Translations under genes and position numbers: made by a program
Assembly (NCBI GenBank): GCA_003971905.1
Contig: RSEE01000003.1
Coordinates: 248,001-312,000 of the forward strand
Length of the DNA: 64,000 nucleotides
Direction of reading: 5' to 3'
Origin: Moniliella sp. 'wahieum'
Taxonomy: Eukaryota
The notes under the pieces: model-generated
Database searches by the model: none
What the model saw: only the letters and a program-made list of their open reading frames with translations
What the model was told of the DNA's origin: nothing
Shown here: positions 1-13,339 of the stretch, one piece after another
Position numbering within the stretch: position 1 is the first letter of the stretch
Layout of the letters: the number at the start of each line of letters is the position of its first letter

Positions 1-280
1 AATTGACCTCGCAAACTATATCAGGAGCTAGAGCAACAGCACCTTTTGTCTCTGCTCTAAACTCATACGACTTGGGTCCCGATGCAACATGGGCAACAGA
101 GATGAATAAAGATGAAGCAAAACTGGAATATGAAATCGCTTCTCGGGCCGGTCGCTTGTCCACTGCGTTGGAGCAAACGCACCGTACACAGGCTCAACGG
201 ACAGCGAAAATAGCACCACTAATTGGGGCGGGTGAATTTGCCCGAGGAGGAAAACACCATAGATTAGTCCCACGTCCTTT

Positions 281-698
281 TTACGGTTGAATCCCCTTTT
301 TCTTGAGCATCTCAGCCTCCTCCTCCTCGATCTGCTCTCGTCGATCTTGGCACCCTTGGAAGGCTCATTGCCGTGCTTGCGAGCATGCTCGGTAGGCGCC
401 TCGTCCGGTTGGTTGCTGGCCTGTTTCTCGGCCTTGTCCTCACGCGCAGCCTGGTCCAGCTTGTTCTGCACAACCACCGTGCCCTGGTCAGTACGCATTC
501 GATCACATCACAGTAGCCATAAAATAAGGCGCAGGACGGCGTTCGTACCTTGAGCGATTTGCCGTCGCGCGAGTCGAACGTTTCGTGCGAGTGGACCTGG
601 CCCGCGTGCTGTGGCGCCTTGCCAGCGTACTGGTCGTCGCCCTTGGGCAGCTGGTCGGCCCCAGTGAGGCCAGCTTCAGCGTGTGCGATGGTGGACAT
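281..698 (-). CDS. Small conserved fungal hydrophilic protein (HGNEPSKGAKID motif), 2 exons
   Basis: ATG at 698 (MSTIAHAEAGLTGADQLPKG). Intron 548-466 (GTACGA...TGCAG). Exon 2 reads NKLDQAARE...HARKHGNEPSKGAKIDE, then a frameshift to QIEEEEAEMLKKKGIQP* (TAA 283-281). Confidence 0.7.
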
Positions 699-2520
699 GA
701 TGCAAGGAGTAAACGCGATGAAGAAGGGTGCTGGGTAGGTCGGTAGCAAGACGGCATGAGTAGGAGGGAGGATATTTATACACAAACCTGTGTGTTGCCA
801 CCCGCCTCACCGCCTGCCCGTGTTCGATCCGGAAGCACACCCACACAATCGACCACATCGCCATCCGCTCCGTTTTGGGTGTTGGATGGCCATGACGTCA
901 GTGCATGCAAGGCCTCTTTTGCTTCACACACTAGATGTGGTCATAAAGACCAGGCATCCCCGTCATCGTCTCGTCTCGGTCTCATCGAGGCACAGGGCCC
1001 AAGTAGATCAGAAGGGCCATTCTGTGTGTGAAGCCGTTGCGTACGCAGCTCTGTGCAGGCGTCTCGGGATCGACATGGTACGAGCCGCCACCACAACGCA
1101 GCGTCGAATACGTTTCTCAGTATTGTCGCCATTCGATCGCGATGCACATATGGACTCTTCTCTCCATCAGCAGAAGAGGTTCCCATATTAAAAAACTCTC
1201 CGACATACGATCTGGTGCCTTTCTGTCTGTCTGTTCCTCAACAGTCCCTCACACTCGCCTTCTCTCACAAAGAATGCCATCAGTCGGGTTTCACTCCCCC
1301 CATCCACATTTTCCTTGTCGCCCATGCAAGCCTGCCTGCGGCCAAAAGCAGCAGCCGGTGTAGTGTGGGCATTAAAATAAACCTACTCGATCTGGTTGGA
1401 GATCTCATCCATCGATCATCAACATCACCGATTCCATCTTCGGGGGATCGAAGTTTGAGGATCGAGGACTCTGGAACAGCAAAGCGCTAAGAGCCATCAA
1501 GAATCCGCACTGTCCGCAGGCCCCAGGCTGGCCTCACGACACTGGCCGCACGGCATGCGTCATGATGACGTCGTGGGTCGGTCAACCTCATCAACGTTGG
1601 TTCAGCTGAACCTGAACGTTCAACGTTCAGCCAAAGCGAGCGAGCGCGCCTCTTCGCCTCTTCGCTCCACACACACGCTTTGGATCTCACACTCCAGCTT
1701 CAACTGGCACCTCTTAATCTCCGAGTTTTATTTTATGACTACGAATGCAAATCGTCCTCTCAATCTCTGATACTCAGCATTCTTGGTGCGCCTCCGGACT
1801 CGTTGTCTCCACGTACATCCTTAATGTCGCATGCGTAGCACAGGACAGGGAGAGGGGACGGGAGGAGGCAGACCAGGGAGGTAGAACAGGGCGGCACGGT
1901 AGATTGATCGTCCAACCCCTAATTAATCATTCCGAATCTTTTTCGCTTGGGTTTGTGGTGGGTTACTGGCCGGCCAGCCTATCGACAAAGGGACTTTCGC
2001 GTCTGCAGTCTGCTCCGAGTGTACAAATTAGATGATGATGTTGCAGGTCGAAGCTGGAAGCTTGAAGAGCTTGAAGATCGACCCTCAGGAAATGCACCGC
2101 GACGTGTGTGCCATGTGACATGTGACGTCAGGTGTCTGGTATCACAGACGAGCCAAGAGACCGTTACTTGAGGGAGGTGCATGAAAGATGGCACGTGGGT
2201 TCAACGTTCAACGTTCACTTATGACCCGGTTCAACGTTCACTGGGTTCACTGGTTCAACGTTCACACCCCACCCCCCGCGCCCCACCTCCCGACAAAAAG
2301 GGACCCAACTCCCTGGCGCTTAAGAGTCGAGTGCAGAGGGTCGCACGGAGACTGAGAAGTCGCTGCCCAGACATGCAGTCGACGACATTGCACATCTGCT
2401 CCTTGCAGCCCGGTCCTGGTCTGTTCAGTTCAACGTTGATCCCCCTCTGACTCATCTGGGTCGCGCAAGACATCTCGACTGATGATCAGAAGGGAGGGTC
2501 AGTTAATTGTCCTTCAACCT

Positions 2521-3442
2521 CTAGGAAGGGTGGACCCACTTGAGTAACAGTGTCCGTACGTCCGATTCTTTCCCCATCCCCCAATCGGGCTCCAAATCGA
2601 CGCGGACAAGGTTGTGGATCAACTCGCCGGCACGGTAGACAAGTATGGTGGGGGTCACATCGGCCGACTCCTGCTCGGCCTTGAGGAGGCGGGTATCAAA
2701 GTCGTCGTAGTCGTCCCCTTGCTCGTCTTCACCCGCTGGGTCCGGTCGGTCGTGCAGCAGGCCCGAGGTGGAGGAAACACAAATCCCAATCGGGCCGCAT
2801 TGACCTGGAGGAATCGGACGGTGGGGTACTGCCGTGCCAGCGAGGCAAGAACGGCAGAGAGGTGTCGACAGAGTGGAGCGCGCTGTCGAGCAAGGTCAAT
2901 ATCGTACTGTTTGGGGAGCACGTTGCGATGCGAGTAGGGAGTAACGTACCCTTGAGTAGAGATGAATGACCACTGTCACATCCGGGTGGGTATTGTCGAT
3001 CGTATCCGCATAGCTCAGCGGTTCGATTTCCCTCAAATGGCCAAACCAAAGCGAGGACCGGGTCGAGGGACCGCCTTCCTGGCCACGAAGCTCGGCCAAT
3101 CGTTGAGACCGATGCGCCTCTCGGGCCAAGAGAAAATCAACGTCCGTTCTCCTCGTCCGAGGAGTCAGCCCGAGGCAGCGACGAAGATCTCCTCCGGGGA
3201 GCAGCAAGTGCATCCTCTGCGGCACGCTGCCGCTCCTCCTGATCCCAGGTTTGGGTGTTCAGCGCAGCTCGCTCCAGGCGGTCGGTTTCCTGGGCCACAG
3301 CCGCAGCGTGGGCCTGGCGAGCAGCCAGTGCTGCGGCGCGTTGGTCGGCCAGTACGCCCTTGGCACCCGTGTTGCGTGTCGCTCTGGGCGCCTCGCCCTG
3401 AACTGAGTCGGGACTAGCCAGCGTCGGTGGGTCGGCGGACAT
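2521..3442 (-). CDS. Phosducin-like protein (thioredoxin fold)
   Basis: Fragments NTGAKGVLAD, WFGHLREIEPLSYADTID...VVIHLYS, LCRHLSAVLASLARQYPTVRFLQVNAARLGF and PTILVYRAGELIHNLVRVD match phosducin-family motifs. Several frameshifts. Confidence 0.8.
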
Positions 3443-4427
3443 GGCGTGGAGGCAGAGGTGGTGGTGACGGGGAACGAGTGGCGGATTGTCTCAAGTGCGG
3501 GAGATCGTCTGCCTGTGGCGCATGCGAGCTGTGTCTGCTGTCTCCGCCGTACGACCGGTAGTACGTAAGCACCCGGACAATCGCTGTTTGTTCGAGTTAA
3601 GTTCAATTGAACGTTCGAACGACGGTGCATTGTTGCGCCGAGGCCCACTGGCCGCAATCAACAGATGTGCGGCACGCCCGGGAGCTATAATAGTCCTAGT
3701 AGGGAGGTGTTCACGACGACGGAGGTGAACATCAATGAACACCCCAGCTGCACGAAGGAGTATCGAGGGGAAACGATGTAGGTCGTGGAGAGAAGACACG
3801 AGGAGAAAGCAAACACAAGAGCTCAAAAAGGAAGGCGTAGACGCACGGGAAAGGCAGTGGCTTGCGGCTATAACTCAATTGCCCCAACGGGGTCTGTTCT
3901 ATAAAAAAAACTATAGGGAAAAGCAATCGTCTACACGTCACGGCAACGTCCACGCATATCTGCTCAAACTACTCCCTCTTCCATCAGGTGGGCATATGCA
4001 TGCGATGGGCCAATCAAGCAGGAGTTAGTCCCTGGGACATCCTTGCCGTCAAATGATCTGTGTGGAAGAACCAGCCACATCATATATGTACTAGAGGAGG
4101 TGGTAGAGATACAGGAAAAAGACAACTTCATGGAGATATGGGAGCAACAAGCAGAGGGTGAGGCCTCTCAGCGCTCTCCATTGCGAACAAGATGATTAGG
4201 GTGCGTAAACGAAGCTGTACGCACTCAATACGTTTCGAGCCGTAGCTAATTACAGGAGGAAAGAAGAGAGTGATCAGGGGCGTAAAGGAAACGATAGGGT
4301 ATGGGCCATCCTCAATCTCTTCACCGTACCCGTCAGCGCAGGCTGTGGGAGTGAGGGATCAGAGATGAAGGGAAAAGATGGGACGGGCGTGGATTTTGGG
4401 GAACCTTATAGGGACCAAAAGGGAGAT

Positions 4428-6580
4428 TTAGTCCAACACCGGACTCGTCTCCGTGTGAAGCTGCACCGCCTCCGGCTTGGTCTTCTCATCAGGCAGCGAG
4501 GCGCGTTGGCCCTCATCCTCCAAGCTCCTTGTGCCCAACCCTTCCGTCCCCAAACCGTCTCGGGGTCGGTAGGGTGAAGGGCAATGATATTGCCATGCGC
4601 ATCGTACCGACGCGGGGTGCGACGCTCCACCAGTACCACATCAAATGGATTCGTCTTGGACGAGGCGGCGAAAATGTCATCCATCTCCTCCAGAGAGCGA
4701 CCCGCCGTCTCGGGGATGGTGAAGTAAGTCACGACGAAGAGAGGGCGTTGAGTGCCACAAAGATGGTGTAAGTGTAATTGATGTTGTGGAACGCAATGGG
4801 CGTGATCTAAGAAAGACATAGTTAGTCACTATGCTGAATGGATGAGGGAAGAGAGATGAGGACATACCATAACAATGAGGAAGTTGCTGATCCAGTTGGA
4901 CGCTGTGGAGATCTGGGGGAAGTAGGAGTCAGTACATGCCACCATGTTTTGGCTTTTCAAGTATTCCGAACAGAAAACAGGTGATACATACTCCATTTGC
5001 CGCTGCACGAATGTTAAGAGGCGTCATCTCGGCTGGAGTAAGCCAGGTCATACCCAGCCAACCAATGGCAAAGAAAGTATTGAAAGGAAGAGGGCAGACG
5101 GTGGCTACTACGGCGGCGCCTGTGTTGGTGCCTCCCTTAATACCAAGGGAAGGCTTGAGTACTGGGTGGGTTACACTGTCCGCATTGGTGATGGTCAGGA
5201 CCATCATGGTCAAGCACTGGCCAGCGGCGCCGAAGAGCATGAGAGGGCGACGTCCGGCGCGCTCCACGAGCCAGACAGCAATCCACGAAGCGGCAAAGTA
5301 CTCGGTTCCGTTGGCGGCAGCCATAACACGCGCAACCATGGAATGGAAGCCCAAGTTGTTTTGGAAGATCGTGCCAGCGTAGTATGTGATGAGGTTGATT
5401 CCCGTCAGCTACGAACAGAAAAGAGAGAAGGTCAGAGTGTACGCCTTAGGATGGGGAGGTGCCAATCCGTGGTCTAGTGACTCATGAAACCATGAATCAC
5501 CACAGATCAAAATCGGTAGTAAACAAAGAGCGGGTTACACACCTGTTGGGCCCATTGAGACCAAGCACCGAGGCACACACGGTGGAAGTTACGGTTGTGG
5601 CCATTGGTAAACAGGTCGGCGAGAGATGTTTTCTGCACTTCGGCCAGCGATTCCTTCATCTCATTCACCTTGAGCGTGATATCAGGGTGATCGGGAGGCA
5701 GCTCCTCCAAAGAACTCATCACCTCCCTGGCCTCGGATTCCCGACCGCGTAGCATGAGCCAACGAGGACTTTCGGGACACCTGATCGTCAAAACCGCAGT
5801 CGGGACGCAGAGCAGAATCTGGAGCGCAATGGGCACCCGCCAAGCTGCTTGGGGATGAGGGGCGCCATTCCTTTCAATCCAGTAAAAGGCAAAGTCGATC
5901 CAGTAGCCTGCGGAGGACGTTAGTATCAATGCAAAGACCAGAAAAGTAACACTGGGAGTAAGACGACGCACTGATCATGATTCCTCCCGTGATGAGGGCG
6001 CCCTCGACCATGATGAGTTTGCCCGCAAGTGAGCTGGGGAACATTCGGATTGCCAAGTTGGAATAGTCGCCGTGTTCATGCCGTTACCAACGCCCGTTAC
6101 GACTCGAGCGATGGCCAGCTGAGTGATGCCAAAGGAGGTACACTGTAGAATGGTGCCAATAATCATCCAGATGACGCCAATGTAGATAACCTTGCGCCGC
6201 CCAAGCTTGTCACCGAGGTACATGCACGAGAGCGCGCCCACCATGCACCCAATCTCGTAAATACTAATGACCGTCTGCAAAGTAATACAGTGTTAGCCCA
6301 CCCTTCTTTGCACTGGAAGCAAGCTGATACGTACGCCTTGCATAACCGCCTTGTGAGTGTTGTAGATGCCAGTGGTATCGATTTGGGGAAACTGGTGCCT
6401 AAAGACGTTGAGGGTGAGGAGCGATCCCATCACACCTTGGTCGTAGCCAAAGAGTAGGAAGCCAGCGCCACTGGCAACTCCAATCATGCGGCTGAGCTTG
6501 GGGCCGGAGAGGCCCATGTACTTGCGGCCTGTCCACTCCTCAGCAGGAGGGGCAGACTTCTTGCTGCCAAACCCAAACAT
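4428..6580 (-). CDS. MFS sugar porter, STL1-like (glycerol/polyol:H+ symporter clade)
   Basis: Motifs GFLLFGYDQGVMG, GDKLGRRK, PESPRWL, VERAGRRPLML, PETAGRSLEEMD. Multiple short introns. C-terminus ...HTETSPVLD* at 4430-4428 after a frameshift. TATA-like TATATAAAG at about 6745-6753. Confidence 0.9.
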
Positions 6581-7216
6581 GACGGGCAGGACGGGAGGAG
6601 GGGGGAGTTGCGAGAGGGTTCACGAAGGTGGGCTGCTGGAGGCCGAGAGAGGGGTGGGGTAAAGAACAGAGGCTCGCAGGATCGAGACGGGAGAGAGGCG
6701 GGTGGGTGGAGGGGGCGAGCACCCTGGCGGCGGGCGCATTGAGTCTTTATATATGCCTGCGGCCGGCGCATCTCCGCAGCGGTCTGCCGCGCGTGCGCCG
6801 TCGGGCCGAGGCGGGCGAACGGTGGGATTGGGCAGACACAGCCTCGGGGGCGTGGAGGACGCCGACGGAGGACGCGGTCCGCCGCAGGCAGCACGCAGCA
6901 CGCAGCACGCAGCACACGACTCCCCGGCGGCGAAGAGGCAGGCATCCTGGCCGTCGTGCTAGCCGGCGCCGGCTTCGACGCGCATCATGCATCGTGCCTC
7001 ATGCATCCGCCGGCGCACGGCGGCTGTCTCGCACCAACACATCCGCCGCCTGGCACCAGTCTGACCCACTCGTGCGGGGCGAAGCGCAGGATAGCGCTCT
7101 GCTTCCGCCTCGCACTCGACTGCCCCAGCCCAGCTCCCGCGCTCAGCACACAGGCCCCATGCCCCGCCAGGGCCAACGCGGCAGAATCGATACGCCGCCG
7201 ACGCGGGGGAGCCGGG

Positions 7217-7270
7217 ATCATCGATCATCGGCCATCGACCATCGACCATCGACCATCGACCATCGACCCG
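7217..7270. repeat. (CATCGAC)n heptamer tandem repeat
   Basis: ccatcgaccatcgaccatcgaccatcgaccatcgacc read directly. Confidence 0.85.
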
Positions 7271-9869
7271 GTCGGCAGCAGCAGCCCCCCCCAGCACACG
7301 CGGCACCCCCCGCTGTTGTTAGGGGACGTAGGCGGTAGGCAGGGCGATGCGCCAAGTCACCATGAATCACCCTCTCTCGTGCGCTACTGCCCGTTTGCCA
7401 CCTCGTGTCGGGCCCGGCTAAAGGCCCCCACGGGTGCAACGCTGGTTCCTAGCAGTTCCTCTCTCCATCGTAGCCATCGCCACCCCACGCCACCCTCCTG
7501 GCTCAATCGCCCCCTCCCGAAGGCCAGGCCTAATCCCCGCACTCACAGATTGCGCCAGACCGTGCCTTCTGCGCTCTACAGAGGGACCACAGCCTGCCAC
7601 AGCAGTGCCACCGCAGGCTACAGCCTGCCATGCATGCCACTGCGCGTCCCAGCCGCCCCAGTCCCAGGCCCTGCCCCTGCCCCTGCCCCTGCCCCCGCAT
7701 CATGCATCACGCAGCACAGGGCATCATCGAACTCATCGATGCGTAGCGAAGAGTATCAATCATCGAGGCCATAGATCGATCACCCCCGCCCCAAACCATC
7801 ACGCAAACCATGCACATCCTATATCCGCACGGGGCCCCAGCAGTAGGCAGTGCCGGTAGATCCCAGCCCATCGGCGGACGACCAAGTTCAACAGGAACCC
7901 CCCGCGGGGTAGCAGGCCCTAGGGACAGGCGTCGCCACCGCCATCGTAGGGTCGATATGAGTACAGTAAGCCCCCCGGGAGCATTATATTCACCTCACAT
8001 GCCACATGTCACTGCCTCAAGTCACTTGCACAGAACAAACAGCGGATCGATGATTGCAATAAGGCCCCTTGGTGTTCACACACTCTGCCTTGCACCCCTT
8101 TCGCCCACATGCCCCCACGTCGCCTCGTTTCCGCACACACACCTCCCGCCTTCCCTTCGGCCTCCAGGCTCCACTCCCGCCCTGCCTACGGGCCAGAGTA
8201 AGATGCGGAGCCGCGTTCGCCGCTAGAGCTCCATCTGAAACGCGCTGCCCCGCCGCGCCTTCTTGGCACCCCCTTCAAGCTTCAACCCAAGGAGGACCAA
8301 CTGACTACATTCCCAACTGACTATATTCCGGTCTTTGCGCCTTTGAAGCTCGCACCGGTTCTATGACGATAGAGATGCTAGTCTCTTCCATCCATCTGCA
8401 GGAGAGGCAAGATGTCCACCACGTAAACAATGCAGATGCTCCAAACAAGATAGGATGCCGTGGCCGGAGGAATTGCATACCGATATCATGCATCATGCAT
8501 CCTGTTGCAACTATGGTGACACGGTCACCGATGCCGCGGTGACGGCTGTGGGGTCCCCGGTCCTCTTCGATCATCGGCACCATGGTCGATGATCGATGAT
8601 CGGCCACCGCTCCCAGACGACGAGGCAGGGGGCCTCTCTGCGATATACAGGAACCTCCCAACATTTTATGGCCGCCGAGGCACCGCGCTGGACAGCAGAC
8701 GACGGGTTAAGATGGGGCCGCGGGGGTGTGACATGTGACACGTGGCATGTGAGATCTGTGATGGGAGGTGTGGGGGTGCGCGTTGCACAAAAGCATGCGT
8801 ACAAGCTCGCCATGTATGTACACCAGTCTCCGACAATGGTGCAGTGCCTGCTCGTGCTACGGCTGGCTTGCACCAGCCAACTCAGACGGCGGCCCAGGGG
8901 AGCCGAGGCACGAAGGCTGATATAACCACGCGCTCATATCTCACGACTTCACCATCCTAATAAGCAAGTGGACATTTTGGCTGTGGTCATGAAGATAGTC
9001 ATACCGCGGGCGTGGCCGGTGAGAGAGAGAGGCGATCAGGCGATGAGGCAATCAGGAGTTGATGAGAGTTGCGGCGTTGAGGCGCCGATGGCGGCCAGGG
9101 AGGGCGCTGCTGTGCATGTGTGCACCACCGCCGGCCGGCCATCCCGCCGCATTAAAACACACAGTGCCTCGCAGCGATCGTAGCGCTTTGAGGCGCTGAG
9201 GCCCTCTTGGGGAAATTCGCTCACGCTTGACGGCTGACGCGCTGAGGTGAGGCACGGAGGTACTGAGGCCGAGGCTTGAGGCTCAGCCAACGAGGCTCCT
9301 GGATCATCTGAGCATCAGCGCCCCTCGGCACTCAGCCTCCGGCGATCCCGCGGCCCCGCTGCGGCAGTTGGGGGGTGGGGTAGGGGATAGAGAAGGGTAG
9401 AGCCGGGCGAGCAGGGACGAGCAGGTAAAGCTTGGTAGCCGGCAGGGCTGGTCGAACGCCCGCCGCATTGGCTCTGTGTTTCATCCCCGCATTGCCCCGC
9501 GATTTGTGAAACAATGCCACCAGGGTGTTCGCAGCGATGATATAGTCTGCGGTAGTGGCCAGGCGTTTCGCGTGTGCTCATTAACGCGTAATGGGCGCCA
9601 CGTAAGCCGCTCTTAGGAACCCGAAGGGAGGGGGGCATCGTCACGCATAACGCTGAACGCAAGGCAGGCTAGGGCCAGAGGCGCGCGAGGAGTCCAAAAT
9701 GGCAGCCATATCTGATGCACACAGCAGTTTTCCAAGACGCCACGCACTGCCTAAAAAGATATACCCGGTTTCGATTGCGTTCAATGCCTAAGGCCTCCTT
9801 CTTCAGCTTCAAGAGCTCAGAAACTGGCTTTTAGGAACTCAGAGGCCAAAGAGAGGACACCTGAGGCCC

Positions 9870-10060
9870 GAAGCCTGAAGCCTGAGGCTTGATTGAGGCT
9901 TGAGAGAGGTCTGGGGCCTGATGCTTGCTTGAAGCTTGAAGCTTGAACGTAGAATGATAGCTTGAAGCCCCTTGAGGAGCTTGAAGCTTGAAGCTCTTGA
10001 AGCTTGACTGGTGATCGCGTTTCTCCGGTAAGTGGTTACTAGTTACTAGTTACTACTTGT
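9870..10060. repeat. Heptamer arrays (GAAGCTT)n and (TTACTAG)n
   Basis: gcttgaagcttgaagcttgaacg; gcttgaagcttgaagctcttgaagcttg; gttactagttactagttacta. Confidence 0.8.
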
Positions 10061-11136
10061 AATAGTACTACCCGAAATACTTAGTACTTGTGTGTGTACT
10101 AGAGAAGGATAGAGCGGTGCTCAGCCTGAGCCCAGGTCTGCTCAGCGCTGAGGCTCAGCGCTCACTAGCTCGGCGGTTCAACGTTTAACGTTTACGCGTT
10201 ACGGTTAATGCTCGGAGGAGATGGATTGGAGACAGAGTGTGTGCATGGGATCTATCTTTTCTGTGTGGGTACAGACGAGACAAGGCCTCAGCTCCGTCAG
10301 AGGAGGTTGCAATATAGCTCTAGGCCGGACGCGGCGGTGAGGAGAGATCAGAGCCACGTAGAAGCGGACAGAGAGAAGGAATGGGCTGGCAACTGCATAA
10401 TAGTACTAGCGACCACAGCACTATCGAGCGGGGCAAGAGTTGTGACGGATCCAGGTGTGCGAGATATGCCGCGGGCACCACTCTTTCGTCAGTAAGATCT
10501 AAAAGGTCTAACCTACTAGTACTATCATCAACTTGCGGAGGGGTGCGTACTGTTCAGTAGAACGTTGAACGTTGAACGTGAACGTCGTGAGCGTTGATGA
10601 GGTCGATGAGGGAAATTGATTGCTGACGGTATTGATGGAACATCTGCATCCTCCCTGTATCTAATTACGCGTGCGGTTGCGCACACAGTTTGCGGAGGGA
10701 CGGGCTGGGTCACTGCTGGGGCCTGCGGGGATTCTCCCAACAATTTCGCTTCATTTCGCGAGAGTACTGTGGCTCAAGCTCTGAGATGAATCAAATCTCA
10801 AAGCGGTTGTAGTTGTCATTTTGAATCGACAATATGACCGAATGGGTTATGGGCCCGTTCCCAGCAGAAGATTGCGTGGTGAAAAGGTATCACGACAGAT
10901 TGTGGCAACACGATCATACAGCTTCACAAGCTCGTTATTCTCAGTTCGATTCTGGGCGCAGTCACTTTTTTGGACCAATCATAATTTTGGGTGGGTGCCG
11001 CCCCTAATTGTACATCACCTTGTAATCACACGTCACATCTGAGGCTTTTGTACGTTTCATTGTTCAAGTCGAATGCACACAACCTCGTTACGTCAGAGTC
11101 TGGACCTCAGATTCAGAGGCCAAAGCCACTGCGGAT

Positions 11137-11837
11137 GTGGCGAAATGTTGGAACCACCTCGCCAACTGCCTGTCCAACCCGAATGGGAACCAACGCCCTG
11201 CTGGACCTGAGGATCCTTTGAGCAAGAAACGATCTGCCTCCCCCGTCAAAGGCACAGCCGAAGCTGGGTCCAAGGGGAGAGGGATGCAAAGGGGGGAGGA
11301 CGGGCGGCCGCGCAAGCGCGCGCGGGCCAAGCTGCCTAAAGCGAGCGAAGCGTTGCAGCAGCGGCAGGGTGGGCTGAACCTGGAGGCGAACGAGGGACGG
11401 ACGATGATGGTGCAAGGGCGCGGGGCTGGATGGCACTGTGCGATGTGCAATGTGCAGTGCAAAGATTCAGCCCGGTGGTTGGACCACGTCAATGGGCGGC
11501 ACCATCTTCGCCAGCTGGGCAGACAGACCCAGGTGCGCAGGGCAACGTTGGAGGATGTACGAGCAAAATTGGCCGTGCTCAGGGACCGATTGGCCCCGGC
11601 TGAGGCGCAAGGCGTAACGCGCCGGCTCCTCACCAAGTCCCAGCGGTACGACTTTGACAAACGCATTCAGGCCATTGCCGACCAGTATGCGAATCAGAAA
11701 CGCAAGCGACGCGAGGCTCGGCACCAAGTTAAACTCGACGCCCGGAAGGCCGCAGAAACTGCTAAAAAGGAGACGGAGGATCAGGATGCGATGGCCATGT
11801 TGGGCTTCGGTTCGTTTGGCTCACAAAGAAGAGGTGA
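11137..11837 (+). CDS. SNU23: U4/U6.U5 tri-snRNP zinc-finger protein Snu23/ZMAT2
   Basis: Matrin-type finger GWHCAMCNVQCKDSARWLDHVNGRHHLRQLG, then RATLEDVRAKL, YDFDKRI and the tail AMAMLGFGSFG. True stop is probably TGA 11835-11837 after a 1-bp indel. Start uncertain. Confidence 0.88.
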
Positions 11838-11999
11838 CGCACCCTCTTCCTACCACACCATCTGTACATCAATCATGTGCTTTCCTTTTGGCTTTCCTTA
11901 GGTGATCGAGGCGAGATGCTGGGCGGTATAGTGGAGAGCAGCCCAAGAAAGACAAAAAAGAAGGATCTTACATGATGTATGATGTGGCTCGAAGATGTA

Positions 12000-12696
12000 G
12001 GCAACAATGAAACGAGTTTACCCTGGCTCTATCTGTGTACTAGGACAAATGCAGCGTGACGAGGGCCTTGACCAGCTCATGCCCACTGGGGTACATCACA
12101 CTGACTTTGCGGAAGCATTGCTGATGCAGTTACCCTTGACATAGTTCCAGGTTTGGGTGTTGCGAAGAGTGCGGGAGCGGTCGACATCAAAGATGTAGAT
12201 CATATGTCCGCAGTTCACCGCCATTGACATTCTACAAAAGGGGTTATAGTCGCTTGCTTTTCTGTTAGCAGACTCGGGGGAATAAAGGTCGCGAGCAATG
12301 GATGGTATGCAGAAATTGTCCCGGGAAGGAACGGAGAGCCCGTGGACCTACATCCACTGGTTCAACCGACCAACACTAACGGACGAGTACATGTCTGGTA
12401 CGAGTAGAAACAGACTGCTTGCGGAACTGTCAAACACATCGATGTTGCAGTGCCCTATGCCCATCATAGTTCCATCCCCAAATCCACGCAGCCGATCTCG
12501 TATTAGTTACAAGCTACTAGCCAGAAGCTGTTGTAACCGTTCGACGGTAGCCACGGCGACCCGAACGCAGTAAAGTCTGACATTCTTGAGCAGGCTCTGG
12601 GTTGACTCTTAAAGCGCCATACTGGATACGATTGATTGCAGCAATTGCGTCTGATGAGCTCGGGCTTCGCTCTTTCCCCTTCGTGTTGTTAGCCAT
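12000..12696 (-). CDS. Possible hypothetical protein (fragmented)
   Basis: Protein-like pieces MANNTKGKERSPSSSDAIAAINRIQYGALRVNP and MSMAVNCGHMIYIFDVDRSRTLRNTQTWNYVKG. No family recognised. Confidence 0.25.
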
Positions 12697-13339
12697 AGCG
12701 TCCCTCTCTATCCTCAGTCTGTAACAGCATGGCGGTTTTACTTGCAAGAAAAAGGGACTATTCACGTACCTTTCCTCTCACTTTTTGCTATTAAGGACTC
12801 TACCAACAATTCACATCAAAGGGGATCAGGTCGACCAGAGGGGGGGGGAGATCATGGGCAACCGCCTGTTTATGGTTCTGAGATCCGGCCAACCCACCGT
12901 GCGGCGCCTGACTTTTCCGTGAGCACGAAGACCAAACAATTTTTGCCGACCATCTGCTTGGCCTCACAGGGCGCGACGGCGCGGTTAATTGGATGGTAAA
13001 TTGGACGGATGCATTGGTTCATCCTTGATGACTAGAACTAAGTATCAGCCTCCAATGGCAGTGGTTTCGGTTAGGGAACGGAGATGTAGGAGCCTGTCGA
13101 CGTGGGCATCGTACGGTTAACTACAGCAAGCGTGTTATATTGCAAGCCAGACGTCAATGGGCAAAATGAATTTGCTCCCAAGACCGAATTGGATTTCTCA
13201 TCGTATTACATCAGCGCTTTGGGCTTGGCAGGGGGCAGTCTCACCCCGCCTTGGCGAGCTGGCCAGCGACTGCCACCCGAACGCAACGTTGGAAGGGTGG
13301 AGCTGCCCCGACGACGACTTCGACGACATTACCGCCGAG

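Noticed and set aside
6628..8226. Long GC-rich ORFs (up to 272 aa)
   Set aside because: Low-complexity translations driven by high GC and heptamer repeats, with no motifs.
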